From: Octopus sinensis | Lineage: Eukaryota | DNA: 64,000 nucleotides | NCBI RefSeq assembly: GCF_006345805.1 | Contig: NC_043005.1 | Coordinates: forward strand, 86,490,001 to 86,554,000 | Reading direction: 5' to 3' | Part shown: piece after piece, positions 1 through 12,939 of the stretch | Layout: each line of letters opens with the position of its first letter | Numbering within the stretch: the stretch's first letter is position 1 | Notes under the pieces: model-generated | The model's database searches: none | What the model was told of the DNA's origin: nothing | What the model saw: the letters and a program-made list of their open reading frames with translations, nothing else | Translations under genes and position numbers: made by a program

Positions 1-940
1 ATAGGTTTGTTATAGAGTTTAGCAAGGGAGATTTTATCGTTATATGTTTTAAGAGTTTTGGTTTATCATGGGTTTTTTTAGGGAATTCGTGGTAATTTGT
101 CTATTTTCGATGTTGGTTGTTTTATTACATTGTTTCATTCATAATTTTTGAGTGGTGTTCGTTTTGCCACGTGAATATTATTTTTAATTCCATTTATTCC
201 ATTTCTCCATTCATTATTTTAAAAGATGTTCGTTTCCAGAGCGGTTATACTTTTTATACATATGTTAAGTTCCTTGGTAAAGTAATTTTGTTTGGTGTAT
301 ATGTTGAGGCTTATATGTACTTGTGGGTGTGTGTGAGTGGGGTGGGTGTTTGTATTTGTATGGGTGTGTGGTTTACGTGTGTGTATTTGTGTGTGAATGT
401 ATAGGTTAAAGGGATTGCTATATAAGTATGTTATAGTGTTTAGTAAAGGGAGGTTTTATCATTTATGTTTTGTGAGTTTTAGCTTATCATGGTAGTTTTA
501 TAAAAGAATCCATTCATAATTTTTGTGTTTATTTGTCTGTGTGGGGTTGAGTGGGTTTTTGGAGTATATGTTGAGGTTTATATGTATGTATAGGTATGTG
601 TAAGTGGTGTGGGTATTTGTATATGTCGTGGGTGTGTGGTTTACGTGTGTGTTTGTGTGTGAATGTTTAGGTTAGGGGGATTGCTATATAGGTATGTTAT
701 AGAGTTTAGTAAAGGGAGATTTTATCAGTATATGTTTTTATGAGTTTTGGTTCATCATGGTAGGTTTGTAAGGAATCGTAGTAATTGTTGGTTCTCTTTG
801 CGATGTCTGTTGTTTTATTGCATTGTTTCATTCATAATTTTTAAGTCGTGTTCGTTTTACCAAGTGAATATAATTTTTAATTCCATGTATTCCATTTCTC
901 CGTTCATAATTTTAAGTGATGTCCGTTTTCTAGAGCGTGA
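1..940. repeat. Diverged tandem repeat, unclassified (three copies of one motif at about 1, 422 and 688; middle unit internally deleted)
   Basis: ATAGGTWTGTTATAGWGTTTAGYAAAGGGAG-like motif recurs at 1, 422 and 688; 1-244 aligns to 688-935 and about 290-420 aligns to about 555-690, with many substitutions. Confidence 0.75.
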
Positions 941-1344
941 ATGAGGGTTGTATGTGTGTGTGTGTGTGGGAGTATGAATAAGTATTGTGTTGAAGTATTT
1001 AGCTATTTTATTTATAGTTGCCTAGACGTTTTTATGTGTATGTATAGGGATATATATATAGGGGTGTGATTTAGTGTATGTAGTTAGATATGGTTATATA
1101 TAATTAGGTATATGTGTATGGGTGTATATATAGTTAATTATTATATTATTATTATTTTTTTGTTTTGTTTTATATTTTATATTTTATATTTTATATTTTA
1201 TATTAATTGTTGATAGGTTATTTTAGTTTATATATTGTTTATATATTGATATATGGATTATATATAGGTTATATATGGATTATATATTTATATTTTTTCA
1301 TTCATACTTTAATTATTTTAAAATTATTATTTTTATATTTTAAA

Positions 1345-1590
1345 ATATTGATATTTTAGATTGGAAGTCCACCTGAAGATGTCGATCAAGACAAGAAACA
1401 ATTGTAGTGGCGGTTTTTTTGACTATTTATTAAATTTTATGTATTGATTAAGTCTTTCCTTGTTTGTTTTGCAAAATAGTGGTTTTGTCTCTAATAATAT
1501 TTTATAATATTTTACTATAAAATTGGATTTAATCCTAAATCTGATTTTTCCCTGTAAATTTGGATTTATTCCCTAATATTTATTATTATA
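1345..1590 (+). mobile_element. Penelope-like element terminal fragment (HHR-bearing)
   Basis: HHR followed by an about 84-bp motif (1507-1590) that recurs inverted and nearly identical at 55353-55437; both copies abut (TA)n. Confidence 0.5.
1369..1410 (+). ncRNA. Minimal type I hammerhead ribozyme motif (PLE-type)
   Basis: CCAC-CTGAAGA-TGTC gatcaa GACA-A-GAAAC-AATT-GTA-GTGG: stem I CCAC/GTGG, canonical core, stem II, palindromic stem III ACAATTGT, GUA site; one extra A before GAAA. Confidence 0.65.
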
Positions 1591-1943
1591 TATATATATA
1601 TAATTATATATATATATATTATATATATATATATTATATATATACATATATATAATATATATATATATGCTTATATATATATATGTATGTGTATATATGT
1701 ATATTTAGATATGTATACATATATATATATATGTATATATATAACATATATACATATATATATATTATATATACAATATATATATATGTATATATATATG
1801 TATATTATATATATAGATATGTATACATATATATATATATATTATATATATATAACATATATATACGTATATATATATCTGTATATATATATATGTATAT
1901 ATATATGTATATATATATATATATAGATATGTATACATATATA

Positions 1944-1986
<43 letters not shown>

Positions 1987-2061
1987 CATACATATATATA
2001 CGTATATATATATCTGTATATATATAGATATATTAACATATATATATTTTATATATGTATG

Positions 2062-2115
<54 letters not shown>

Positions 2116-2170
2116 AATATATATATATATACTAAATATATATATATATATATATATACGTACGTATGTA
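1583..2170. repeat. (TA)n microsatellite, interrupted
   Basis: Direct reading; the overlapping Y/I-rich ORFs are artefacts. Confidence 0.97.
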
Positions 2171-2751
2171 AAAATGCGCAGGTATATATTTGTATACACA
2201 CATGCTCTACAGAAGTATATTGTACATTTTGGGAATGGAAAAATACATTAAGAATATAAAAATCTATAAATGGAATGTCTGAAACAGTTCAGTATATATG
2301 TATACATAACGGGAGAATGGTAGTACGCAAAATGTTACTATACACCTGCATACTGGCACGCACACACGCCCAAAGTCATATGACTACAAACAACTGTGAG
2401 TGTGTGTGTGTGTGAACCTTTTGATTGTATGCGTCTGTGTACATGTATGATTCTAGGCACAATAAAATGTAACTAAAGAGAATCTAAAGAGAAATATAAT
2501 AATACGACCGACTATAAATATCCATGATATTTTCTAACTGTTCAGAAAGTTTCAACTTTCGTCACAATGAAATCTCCGACATATTTAAGATATTTCTGAT
2601 ATGATTGTGAAGCAATGAAAATAATATTGATTTCCATCGGAAGAAAAAAAAATGTGGCACTTAGAGAATACCTCTTTATGCTATTACGTTCACCTGACCC
2701 AAAATGTGACGTTAAATAATATTACTATAGAGAGATTATTTTTACGTAAGT

Positions 2752-2756
2752 GAATA

Positions 2757-2796
<40 letters not shown>

Positions 2797-2935
2797 ATAT
2801 ATATATATATTATATATATATATATTATATATATATATATATACATATGCATATATTATATATATATGCATACATATACGTATGTATGTGTATAGATGTA
2901 CGCATTTTATATGTACATATGTGTATAGATGTATG

Positions 2936-2970
<35 letters not shown>

Positions 2971-3055
2971 TATATATATGTATATATATACGTATATATA
3001 TATATGTATATATAACTATATATATGCATATGTAAATATATACATCCTAATATAT
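2752..3055. repeat. (TA)n microsatellite, interrupted
   Basis: Direct reading. Confidence 0.95.
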
Positions 3056-3338
3056 ATTCATGCGACGACTAACATCTATATTCCTTCTATTTGAACACAT
3101 ATAAATGTGCTTGAGTGTATATGTGTTTGTGTGTGCGTATATGTTTGTTGCGATTTATTAGACACAGTACCCTCCAATTACTTGCATACAAATGAAACCA
3201 GCCAACTAACATAAATGCATATTTCACCTGCTAAACGGGTAGATGCGGGGTTCACTTTCGCCAATTTTGGCTGCTTCATTACTCTTGTGTATTCAAACAT
3301 CATGCGTTTACACACACACACACATACACACACATATC

Positions 3339-3824
3339 CAGTGGCGGACTAGGTCTAACAATATTGATTGCTAGGAGCCTAAGGGGGCCACCCACAACTA
3401 CAAGGGGGCCTACCCACAAATATACAAGGGGTCCACCCGCAACTACAAGGGGGCCCACCCACAACTACAAGGAAGCTCAGCCACAAATACAAGGGACCCA
3501 CCCACAAATACAAGGGGGCCCTCCCACAAATACAAGGGGGCCCACCTGCACCTACAAGGAGGCCCACCCACAACTGGAAGGGGGCCCATCCGCAACTACA
3601 ATGCCATCATTTCACTTTTCTTTGTTAAGTGTATTCTTTCCAACCGTCTACAAACACAGCCAGGCTGAAATAATTAATGCATTCTTCCAGGAGTGAATAA
3701 AAAATTCTCAAACTTGAGGGGATAGGCCCCTTAAGTACTAACATGGACCTCCATATATGGATTCTAATTGCGCAGGGACCCACTTGCCATTGGGCATGCT
3801 GGCAAACTGACGACTCCGCCACTG
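3339..3824. mobile_element. Non-autonomous hAT-like DNA transposon (MITE) with internal 22-bp minisatellite
   Basis: 10-bp TIRs CAGTGGCGGA (3339-3348) and TCCGCCACTG (3815-3824); flanks CACATATC and CACACATT match 6/8, consistent with a decayed 8-bp TSD; about 10 copies of CCCACCCACAACTACAAGGGGG at about 3377-3600. Confidence 0.65.
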
Positions 3825-4931
3825 CACACATTTATATAGAGGAGGTACATGCTGCGCTCACGAACGCAAGTTCATGTTTTCGAGCCTCGGACAAGGCGGC
3901 CCTCCTGAGCAAGCTCCAACCCCCCCCCTTTAGATCAAGGTAGAATGTTGACCTGCTCACCTTGCCAGCGAGATGGTTTCATTGGAACACTAAAACGGTG
4001 CAAACGCATCGTGACCAACATCTCATAATCCGGTCGATCATGTGATCACATGATAAATACATATATGTGTCTGTTTGTTTATGTGTACGTAAACATATAT
4101 ATATATATAGTATTAGCAGAGTTTATATTATATACTCTGCAAATATCGAACGGGAAGAACGAGTGCTCAACACCGATGTTTTTTGTTAACACGGCTACAA
4201 ATATCTTCATGTAGAGAGAAAACTCTCTAGAATTATGAAGTATGATACATAGGAACGTTGGTATTCGTCTGTCTTGGAGACGTGCAGCACGTTTCCATGT
4301 TTCAAGGTTGTTAAATGTTGAAAGATTTCTATCTTCATTCAAATGATGGCAGCCTGTGTTATGTCTCACGTGTTATTTACTCAACTCCACTCTACCCGCT
4401 ACTCAACTCTGACGTCTAGACTTCTCCCTTTATATCTAGATATTTGGTTAGACTTCTTCATCGTCTGGGGGCGACCACACAACACCTTGTTTACCCACAA
4501 AGTGTGCGTGTGTGTGTATGTGTGAGTTTCTGTATTTGTGGGCAATATTACTAGAAATGTATCCGGTATGAGGCGACCTATAACGTTATGTAAATTGCTA
4601 ATCGATAATGCGAGAAGTGTTCATGGATGTGTACTTGGTATTCCTCTATCTCTTTCATGTTTCGATATTCGGTAACCCGTAACGTTACTCTATAAATGCA
4701 ATCGTTAGATTTACCTCGTAAGTGCAGCATGCCTAGTCAGGCCGAACGCTTCGTCAGAATCTTTAGAGACATTTTTAGTAGAGGCAGTTATAAAGTTTAC
4801 TTGGTAATTTTAATTTTAGTCTATCATTTGTAAATGGTTATATAAGGTAGTGTATAAGCTGCCAACATTTTATTTTTGATGCAAGGAGATCCTACTAAAA
4901 CCTGCTTGTCAAAGTTGACTTTTTCGATTTT

Positions 4932-5813
4932 CACCGTGCGATAAAGTTTTGTGTTGTAGTAGGGAAACACGCAACAGAAACGTAGGAAATGTTACAGATC
5001 GCTGATGGATTCAGTTGTATAAGGCGGGCATCTGTCTTTCGCCGGGACAATGTGGCCAGGCAAAGAATGTCCACTGGGAAACTCAGGATATTCTACCTAT
5101 TTCTTTACTACCCACAAGGGGATTAACACAGAGGGGACAAACAAGGACAGACGAACGGATTAAGTCGGTATACCAGTGCGTAACTGGTACTTATTTAATC
5201 GACCCCGAAAGGATGAAAGGCAAAGTCGACCTCGGCAGAATTTGAACTCAGAACGTAACCGCAGGCGAAATACCACTGAGCATTTCGCCCGGCGTGCTAG
5301 CCATTCTGCCAGATTGACAGCAAGGATTAAATCTATTTGGTTCCCATAAGCAGACGGTCAATGGAGACTATTTTGTGTAGGTTTTGAGAGAATTCAAGAA
5401 AAAATTATGTCCCAAAGAGCCAGAGATCGGAGATAGCTGCTCCAGAATAATGCACCAGTACAAAATACGATCTTAGCAACAAAAGGATCGACAGATTTGG
5501 GCATAAAAACTCTCCCTCATTCTTCTTTCAGTTCCAGCCTTGTTCCTAGTGACTTTTGATTGTTCTCCAGCCTGAAAGAGACATCATGAGGCAGTTGTTT
5601 TTAAGACATTGAGAAAATGATGGTGGCTGTGACAGGAAAGCTGGACATCTTGATTTTCATGGATTTCCATGCGGCCATCACAAAGTGAGTGGTGCCTCAC
5701 AACAAGCAAATAAAATTTAGAAGATCCTACCTTGAAGGTTAATTATCTACTTCTTTGGACTGAATTTATTTCTCTACAGAATATTTCTCAGAACTTTTGG
5801 AATATACTTTGTA
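4932..5813 (+). pseudogene. Fossil mariner (Tc1/mariner) transposase, internally deleted and split by a SINE
   Basis: N-terminal HRAIKFCVVVGKHATET*EMLQ at 4932; after the SINE TVNGDYFV*VLREF...LLQNNAP...TLPHSSFSSSLVPSDF*LFSSLKE...SYLEG*; TIR-like end ...GAACTTTTGGAATATACTTTGTA at 5813. Confidence 0.8.
5094..5312 (-). mobile_element. tRNA-derived SINE family A (abundant; central domain GCCTTTCATCCTTTCGGGGTCGATAAATTAAGTACCAG)
   Basis: Reverse complement matches the copies at 14064 and 17465; B-box-like GAGTTCAAATTC. The central domain resembles the MetaSINE domain from recall (unverified). Confidence 0.9.
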
Positions 5814-6079
5814 CACACACGCACACAAATGAAATTTAGATTCAATTGAAGTAGGTACCTAAATTGAGGCACCTTGCTAGGACGAGGTAATATGCACACT
5901 CAGACAATATAAGGTGAGAATCAAACCCTACATAAAATCTATTCCACCCAGTATTCATGCAGTGTATGCAGATGGCACTAAACAACTTCGTGAATAAATA
6001 CGCTCTGATTTTTTAAGACATGTACTTTATATAAAGATACTTTCCAAATACTAGATCTGAATCATAAAGCACAATTTAG

Positions 6080-6246
6080 ATATTTAACCATATTCATATC
6101 ATCAATCGAGAGCAAATATTTACAATGATTCTGCTGCTGCATGTTTTGGCAGAATTCCGCAATGATTCCGCTGCTAAATCTTTTGTCAAAAGCGGAATCA
6201 TTGTAAATATTTGCTCTGAATTTATGATATGAATATATTTAAATGT
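6080..6246. mobile_element. Short palindromic MITE-like element
   Basis: Left arm CATATTCATATCAT..GAGCAAATATTTACAATGATTC is the reverse complement of right arm GAATCATTGTAAATATTTGCTC..ATGATATGAATAT. Confidence 0.6.
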
Positions 6247-6418
6247 CCAACTTAACCTTTATGCTTGAGGTCTATGCGATCATCTGATGAGATCGGTTTC
6301 TTTCTAATGATGTAATGCTTTCATTGATCAATTAAAAGAGTCGTTCGAAACGGCCGTAATGAATTGACACTTATATAACTTTGTTACTCATTTATGTGTA
6401 GCATGGTCAGTCACGGTG

Positions 6419-6475
<57 letters not shown>

Positions 6476-7709
6476 AAGATGGATAGAGAGAGAGAGAGGA
6501 GACCTTTTCTCCGCAGTTAAAATATGTCTCTGACGTATTTTCACTATCCTAAAGTTCACTTATGCTTAAATATGTTTTGGTGCTGATATTACCGTAATTT
6601 TCACGACCTCGACGGCTACTACTGGCAAAGGCCAGTCATTGTTGTTCACTGTACTTTAGTTCAAGTGACGGCTTGAATAGGTCTGTCCAGAGTTGCTTCT
6701 CTTCAATGATTCCCATTGATAACTTCCAAACAGTTACAAACATCACCGGACAGACATGGTGTTTTTACATCTTTTTACCATAAGAGAGAATTGCTTTTGC
6801 ACGGTAACTACAGTGAGATTGCTTTTAGCAGCTGAAATATGTCACAAGAATATTCTAACTAACCCTAAGTCCGTTTATGCCTAAACATTCTTGGTGTTAC
6901 AAATAACTGCTATATATAATCTGTGCTGATGAAGAAGAACAAACCAGAAATCACGATACACAGATATTATTTTGAGCTGAGTGGGGGTGCTAGATTCTCT
7001 TGTTCGAAAATATAAGGACAGATCGTGTCGTATAGCCAACAGGAGACGATGTCTCCTGGGGCTAAATTACAGCAACATTAGTCCTAAACCAAGACTGCCA
7101 TGTTATGTTGGAAAACAATCTTTACTACAAACACACACACACACACACCCCACACCATACACACCCACACACACACACACACACAACACACACATATATA
7201 TATATATATATATATTATAATATATATTATATATATATATGTGTATATATTTATATCGGATTTCTGACTAACTTTGGAGTACCAAATTCGCAGCAGTTCT
7301 TCTACCTTCGGATTACTGTTCCTCTTCATTCGGATTACGTCATTTATGCACCTTGATTGGAAATCCTTACGATTTGTCCGTGACTCTTACACTTTATCTC
7401 GTCCTCCTTCTACCTATCTTATGCTCTACATCCACTCTCCTCCTCTTTTCTCTTTCTCTTCTCTTTTTTGTCGTCATTAATAGCCCCTACACCGACATCC
7501 CCGTGTGTACCGTTGGCGATTTTCTTCTTCCGTCATCCCCTCCGTTTGACTTTTTTCTATTTCTGACGAATAACTTGGCTCGAAAGATTGAAACGTTTGT
7601 CTTTCTTTTCCTGAGCGTCTGATAATACAGTACTTGTACTACATCTTCGCGTTATTGTTTTTTCTCATTTGTTCTTCTTTCTTTGGATTCACTATATATA
7701 TACATATAT

Positions 7710-9559
7710 ATATATATATATGAGTGTGTGTGTGTGTGTGTTTGTGTAAGTATGTATGTATATATACAAACATATATGTGTTTCTGTATGTGTGTGTGTG
7801 TGTCTGTGTGTTTGCATGTCTGTGTGCGTACGTGTATGGTTGGACGGATGGATAGATGCATGGGTGGATTAATGGTGTGCATGTGAATTATATACGCGTA
7901 TGTGTTGCTCTTATACATACGGTGTACATACTCACGGTATGCCTATCCATTAAGCATTGATTCATGGATATGAAACCATCAGGACAATTTTAGAATGTTG
8001 CTGATTGATAACGATTTATTTACTCGCCAGGTTTATATGACACGTATTTGCTCCAGTGAAATCTAAGTGACTGCCTAATATATAATGTGCCAGATCATAG
8101 GGATTTCGTTACTTCCATAATGATGCAGTTCCTGGAATGATCGGAGAGAGTGGTGCACTTGGTTTTATCAATGGACCTAAAGAATTGAGTGTTGTAATGG
8201 TTTGAATGATTGTGATATCCAAAAGCCATATTGATGCATTAATAACATCAGTAACAGTCATATTTTTCAGTGCTCCAACATCTGATACAAAATTCTAACT
8301 GATCTTTGTGTCAGTATTTCGAACCCCATTCTAAAAAGTAACTTTAAGAATAGTCATTCTTATTGTAACTTATTTATTTTCTTGAAATATTTGAGGTGTA
8401 TGAATCCGTTGAGCTTTCGTTTCTTATTTCTATCTAACTACATATTTAGGGCCTTTTAATATCCCCTTAAAAGGGGTTGTGAATGGTTTCATGTTCATAA
8501 TGTATCTATGCATAATTTTCTTTACCACTAGCTGTCTGTCTCTCTCCTTCGCGCTGCCTCTCTTCTTTCTTTCTCTTTAGATGTATAATATATATGTATA
8601 ATATAAAATATATATATATATATATATATATATAACACCAACACAATATATATATATCATATATATATATATATATGAGTGTGTGTGTGTGTGTGTTTGT
8701 GTAAGTATGTATGTATATATACAAACATATATGTGTTTCTGTATGTGTGTGTGTGTGTCTGTGTGTTTGCATGTCTGTGTGCGTACGTGTATGGTTGGAC
8801 GGATGGATAGATGCATGGGTGGATTAATGGATGTGCATGTGAATTATATACGCGTATGTGTTGCTCTTATACATACGGTGTACATACTCACGGTATGCCT
8901 ATCCATTAAGCATTGATTCATGGATATGAAACCATCAGGACAATTTTAGAATGTTGCTGCTTTGAATAACGATTTATTTACTCGCCAGGTTTATATGACA
9001 CGTATTTGCTCCAGTGAAATCTAAGTGACTGCCTAATATATAATGTGCCAGATCATAGGGATTTCGTTACTTCCATAATGATGCAGTTTCCTGGAATGAT
9101 CGGAGAGAGTGGTGCACTTGGTTTTATCAATGGACCTAAAGAATTGAGTGTTGTAATGGTTTGAATGATTTGTGATATCCAAAAGCCATATTGATGCATT
9201 TAATAACATCAGTAACAGTCATATTTTTCAGTGCTCCAACATCTGATACAAAATTCTAACTGATCTTTGTGTCAGTATTTCGAACCCCATTCTAAAAAGT
9301 AACTTTAAGAATAGTCATTCTTATTGTAACTTATTTATTTTCTTGAAATATTTGAGGTGTATGAATCCGTTGAGCTTTCGTTTCTTATTTCTATCTAACT
9401 ACATATTTAGGGCCTTTTAATATCCCCTTTAAAAGGGGTTGTGAATGGTTTCATGTTTCATAATGTATCTATGCATAATTTTCTTTACCACTAGCTGTCT
9501 GTCTCTCTCCTCTCTCGCTGCCTCTCTCTTCTTTCTCTTTAGATGTATATATATATATG

Positions 9560-9609
<50 letters not shown>

Positions 9610-9640
9610 TAATATATATATCATATATATTATATATGAG
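7710..9640. repeat. Direct tandem duplication of about 960 bp (7725-8679 and 8680-9640)
   Basis: Near-identical copies differing mainly by 1-nt homopolymer indels and microsatellite length. Confidence 0.95.
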
Positions 9641-10273
9641 CATATGCAGATTAGCATACACTAAAATACCCCCACATACATGCATACACATATGTATGTA
9701 TATATATATATATATATATATAAATTTAAAACATATATAGATGCAGTCATATAGAGCTAGACGCGCACACACACGCACAAGCGTGCACACACATATATAT
9801 TCATATTCATAGCCGGTAAGTATACTCATATACAACGGCGTATATCTAAACGTACTAACACACAAGGTATGTTTCCATGCCTATTCAAAATTCGGAGGTG
9901 TGTGTGTGTGTGTATTTTAGTATGTGTGTGTGTGTGTGTGCGTGCGTGCGTGTTTATATACAATTTATGCTTATTCCATTGTACCGGTATGTTTATTCAA
10001 GGAAATAAGGATTACGTAACTTTAAAATTCTGTAGAATATTTTCACTGCAATACAAATCGATATTACTTCGCGAATGGTAATATTTTCTTTTATTCTTTC
10101 TTTGTCCACCACATCTAGATTCTTCAGGCAATTCTCTTGTTACATAAACCTCTAAGCACATTTAACAATAATTATATCACATGCATTCAAGAGCTGTAAA
10201 TTGCGCTTTATTTACCAGAGGAAGTTCGTGCAACTAAACAGAGAATGCATGTATACACGGGTAAGTGTGTGTT

Positions 10274-10344
<71 letters not shown>

Positions 10345-11811
10345 CTTTTTATCAAATTATCAAAGGTACCTCCTGAGCCACAGGCTCATGCGGCTGGTGT
10401 TCCCAGTTCTGTGGCGTCTATATGATCTCCCATCTCAATCCCCGCACCAAACTCCAATTTCTCATTTTTGCTACTTGAATGTACTAGAGCAACCTCAAAA
10501 TGAAGTGCTTTTCCTCGAGAGAACACATTCGTCGCCCGATGCAACACTCAAACCACTTGATCGTGTGACAGTGCTGGTATCTGTGATCAAGTAGTTCTCT
10601 ATATATTGGACACATGAGGATGTTTTTCGGCATGTCTCATAAATGAAATGGAGATAACCTCGATAAATTTAGGAAATAAAAATTTCCTATACACCTGCTG
10701 ACAGTTAGACTTCGAAATTATTACTATAGCAGCTAATCCCTACAAATTTGATTTCTTGTTAATTCTTACAGATAAATGCCTGCTCTTATAAGCCCTATCA
10801 TAAACTGAATGAGAAGCGTACTTAAATACATAAACAGTCCTGTCACTCTCTATAGTTTTAAAAACCTTGTGGCCAGGATATCTAATCTCTGTTCTTCAAT
10901 TGTCCTTTAGATGTAAGCCAACAAAGGTACTTCGAGAGCCTTCAAGGCTTTCTAGAAACAGTAGCTACAGTGGCAAATGTAGTTTTGGAAATACAAATAT
11001 ATGCATGAACATTCATTTCATCGTATTTGTCACGTTCTATTGGAGTCGACCTGAAAAATAACATCTCCAAGAACATCGTCTCCTCACATCATTGAACCCG
11101 GAACCATATGGTTCGGAAGCAAACTTGTTACTAAACAGCCAAGCCTGCTCCTATATATGCATTCATATATGCAAATCTATCTATCCATCTCTTTGTGTCT
11201 GTGTGTACGTGCACACTCGCAGAGACACATACGCATGTACATACATACATACATACATAAACACACATGCATATATACAGACATATATATATATGTGTGT
11301 ACAGACATGCGCGCAGGCACCTTCTATACACATATTTATAATTTTTATTATATTTTCTCCAAATTACACCTCCTCAATATGTAAATATTTAATGTCATTT
11401 TAATTTTAATTTAGGCCGAAATTACATTGCACATCGGTTTATCGACCTTGCAAATATCCTAAATTATAGAAATGCCCAACAAAAATACACAAAATACCTC
11501 TTCCCTATCTGGCGATTTATTAGTATTTCATCTCATTTTGTCCCTGTTTGTATTTTCTCTGCGTTAAGGATTGAAGTAGTTTGGAGTTTGGAACATCATT
11601 AATTTGTGTGTTGTTTTTGTAATTAAATTTAATTAAATTTATTAACAGATGCATTTGCAATTTCAAAATATTTGATATTTCATGCCTTCTTGGGATTTGC
11701 GAGAGGAAATTAGAAATTTACAAGCAAAGTAAAAGGAAATAATATTCGAAAATGACTTTTGCGTTTGGGATTACTCCTGCAATAAATGTTCCCTTTCTCT
11801 CTCTCTCTCTC

Positions 11812-11819
<8 letters not shown>

Positions 11820-11899
<80 letters not shown>

Positions 11900-12052
11900 T
11901 GATAAATAAAATATATGCATACATACAAACATATATGTACGTACCTACATCTACACGTATATATACATGCATATATAAAATTATACATATATATATATAT
12001 GTATGTATGCATGTATATATATATATATATGTATATATAATATATATGTATA

Positions 12053-12115
<63 letters not shown>

Positions 12116-12229
12116 ATATTATATATATTAAATACATGTATGCGTTATGCTTCATACATATGCATATATATATAATATACATGCAGGATTTATACATTCA
12201 TGCATACATACATACATACATACTTATAT

Positions 12230-12280
<51 letters not shown>

Positions 12281-12360
12281 TATATATATTATATGTACAT
12301 ATATACATACACGCCCAGGTATATATACATAAATATAAAAATATATATATATAAATATGC
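11820..12360. repeat. (TA)n-rich microsatellite, preceded by (CT)n
   Basis: Direct reading. Confidence 0.95.
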
Positions 12361-12629
12361 GTATGTGTTTATTTGTAGTATGAATATATATATATATACA
12401 TTATCTACGTACAGAAATTAATGAAAATGTAAGCCTAACCTTTTTACTGACTGAGACAGACGGTTCACATTTCATATTGGCAGTGCAATTCTACTTTTAT
12501 ATTATGTTCCTATCAAACTGTCTCTCCTCTAAAAGCGATACGTTTTCACCGTTTTTCCCCAACTCTGATCCTCATTAAAAAAACAAATCTTTACGTCCAA
12601 TTTACCTTGTTCGTGTCGTGAAATTATTG

Positions 12630-12870
12630 TCCCTAAAGACTGTGCACCATTGAAGCGAACGGGTCCAAAAGTGATGGCATTATGGTAAATGCAGCACTAA
12701 TCATCACCCCCAGTCTCCCGATTCGTTGAGAATGATGTGGGTAGTTGTACATGGTCGTGAATGTAGACATGTTGCAGATGCTTATTCAGTCTCTTCGTAA
12801 TAAAGCATTTCGTTGTTTATGATAGCGCTGCATTCCAGAAGATCGAGAATGAAGCCCTTATCGTCCCCAC
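12630..12870 (+). pseudogene. Possible Tc1/mariner-superfamily transposase C-terminal remnant
   Basis: Frameshifted translation DCAP..RVQK*W...PQSPDSLRMMWVVV resembles the DxAPxH and PxSPDL motifs; heavily decayed. Confidence 0.35.
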
Positions 12871-12939
12871 CACACACACACACGTCACAAAATAGCAGTT
12901 AGCATTACCTTATATACCGAAATTTGCTTCATGAATTTC

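Noticed and set aside
1683-3094. Many 60-150 aa Y/I-rich ORFs here and at other (TA)n/(TG)n tracts
   Set aside because: Microsatellites lack stop codons; artefacts
3377-3600. CRISPR-like short repeats or the 110-aa Pro/Thr/Gly ORF
   Set aside because: Contiguous 22-bp minisatellite without spacers; the ORF is a by-product
7563-7597. Functional hammerhead CTGACGA..GAAAC-GTT
   Set aside because: Stems I and II do not pair convincingly; counted only as a decayed motif
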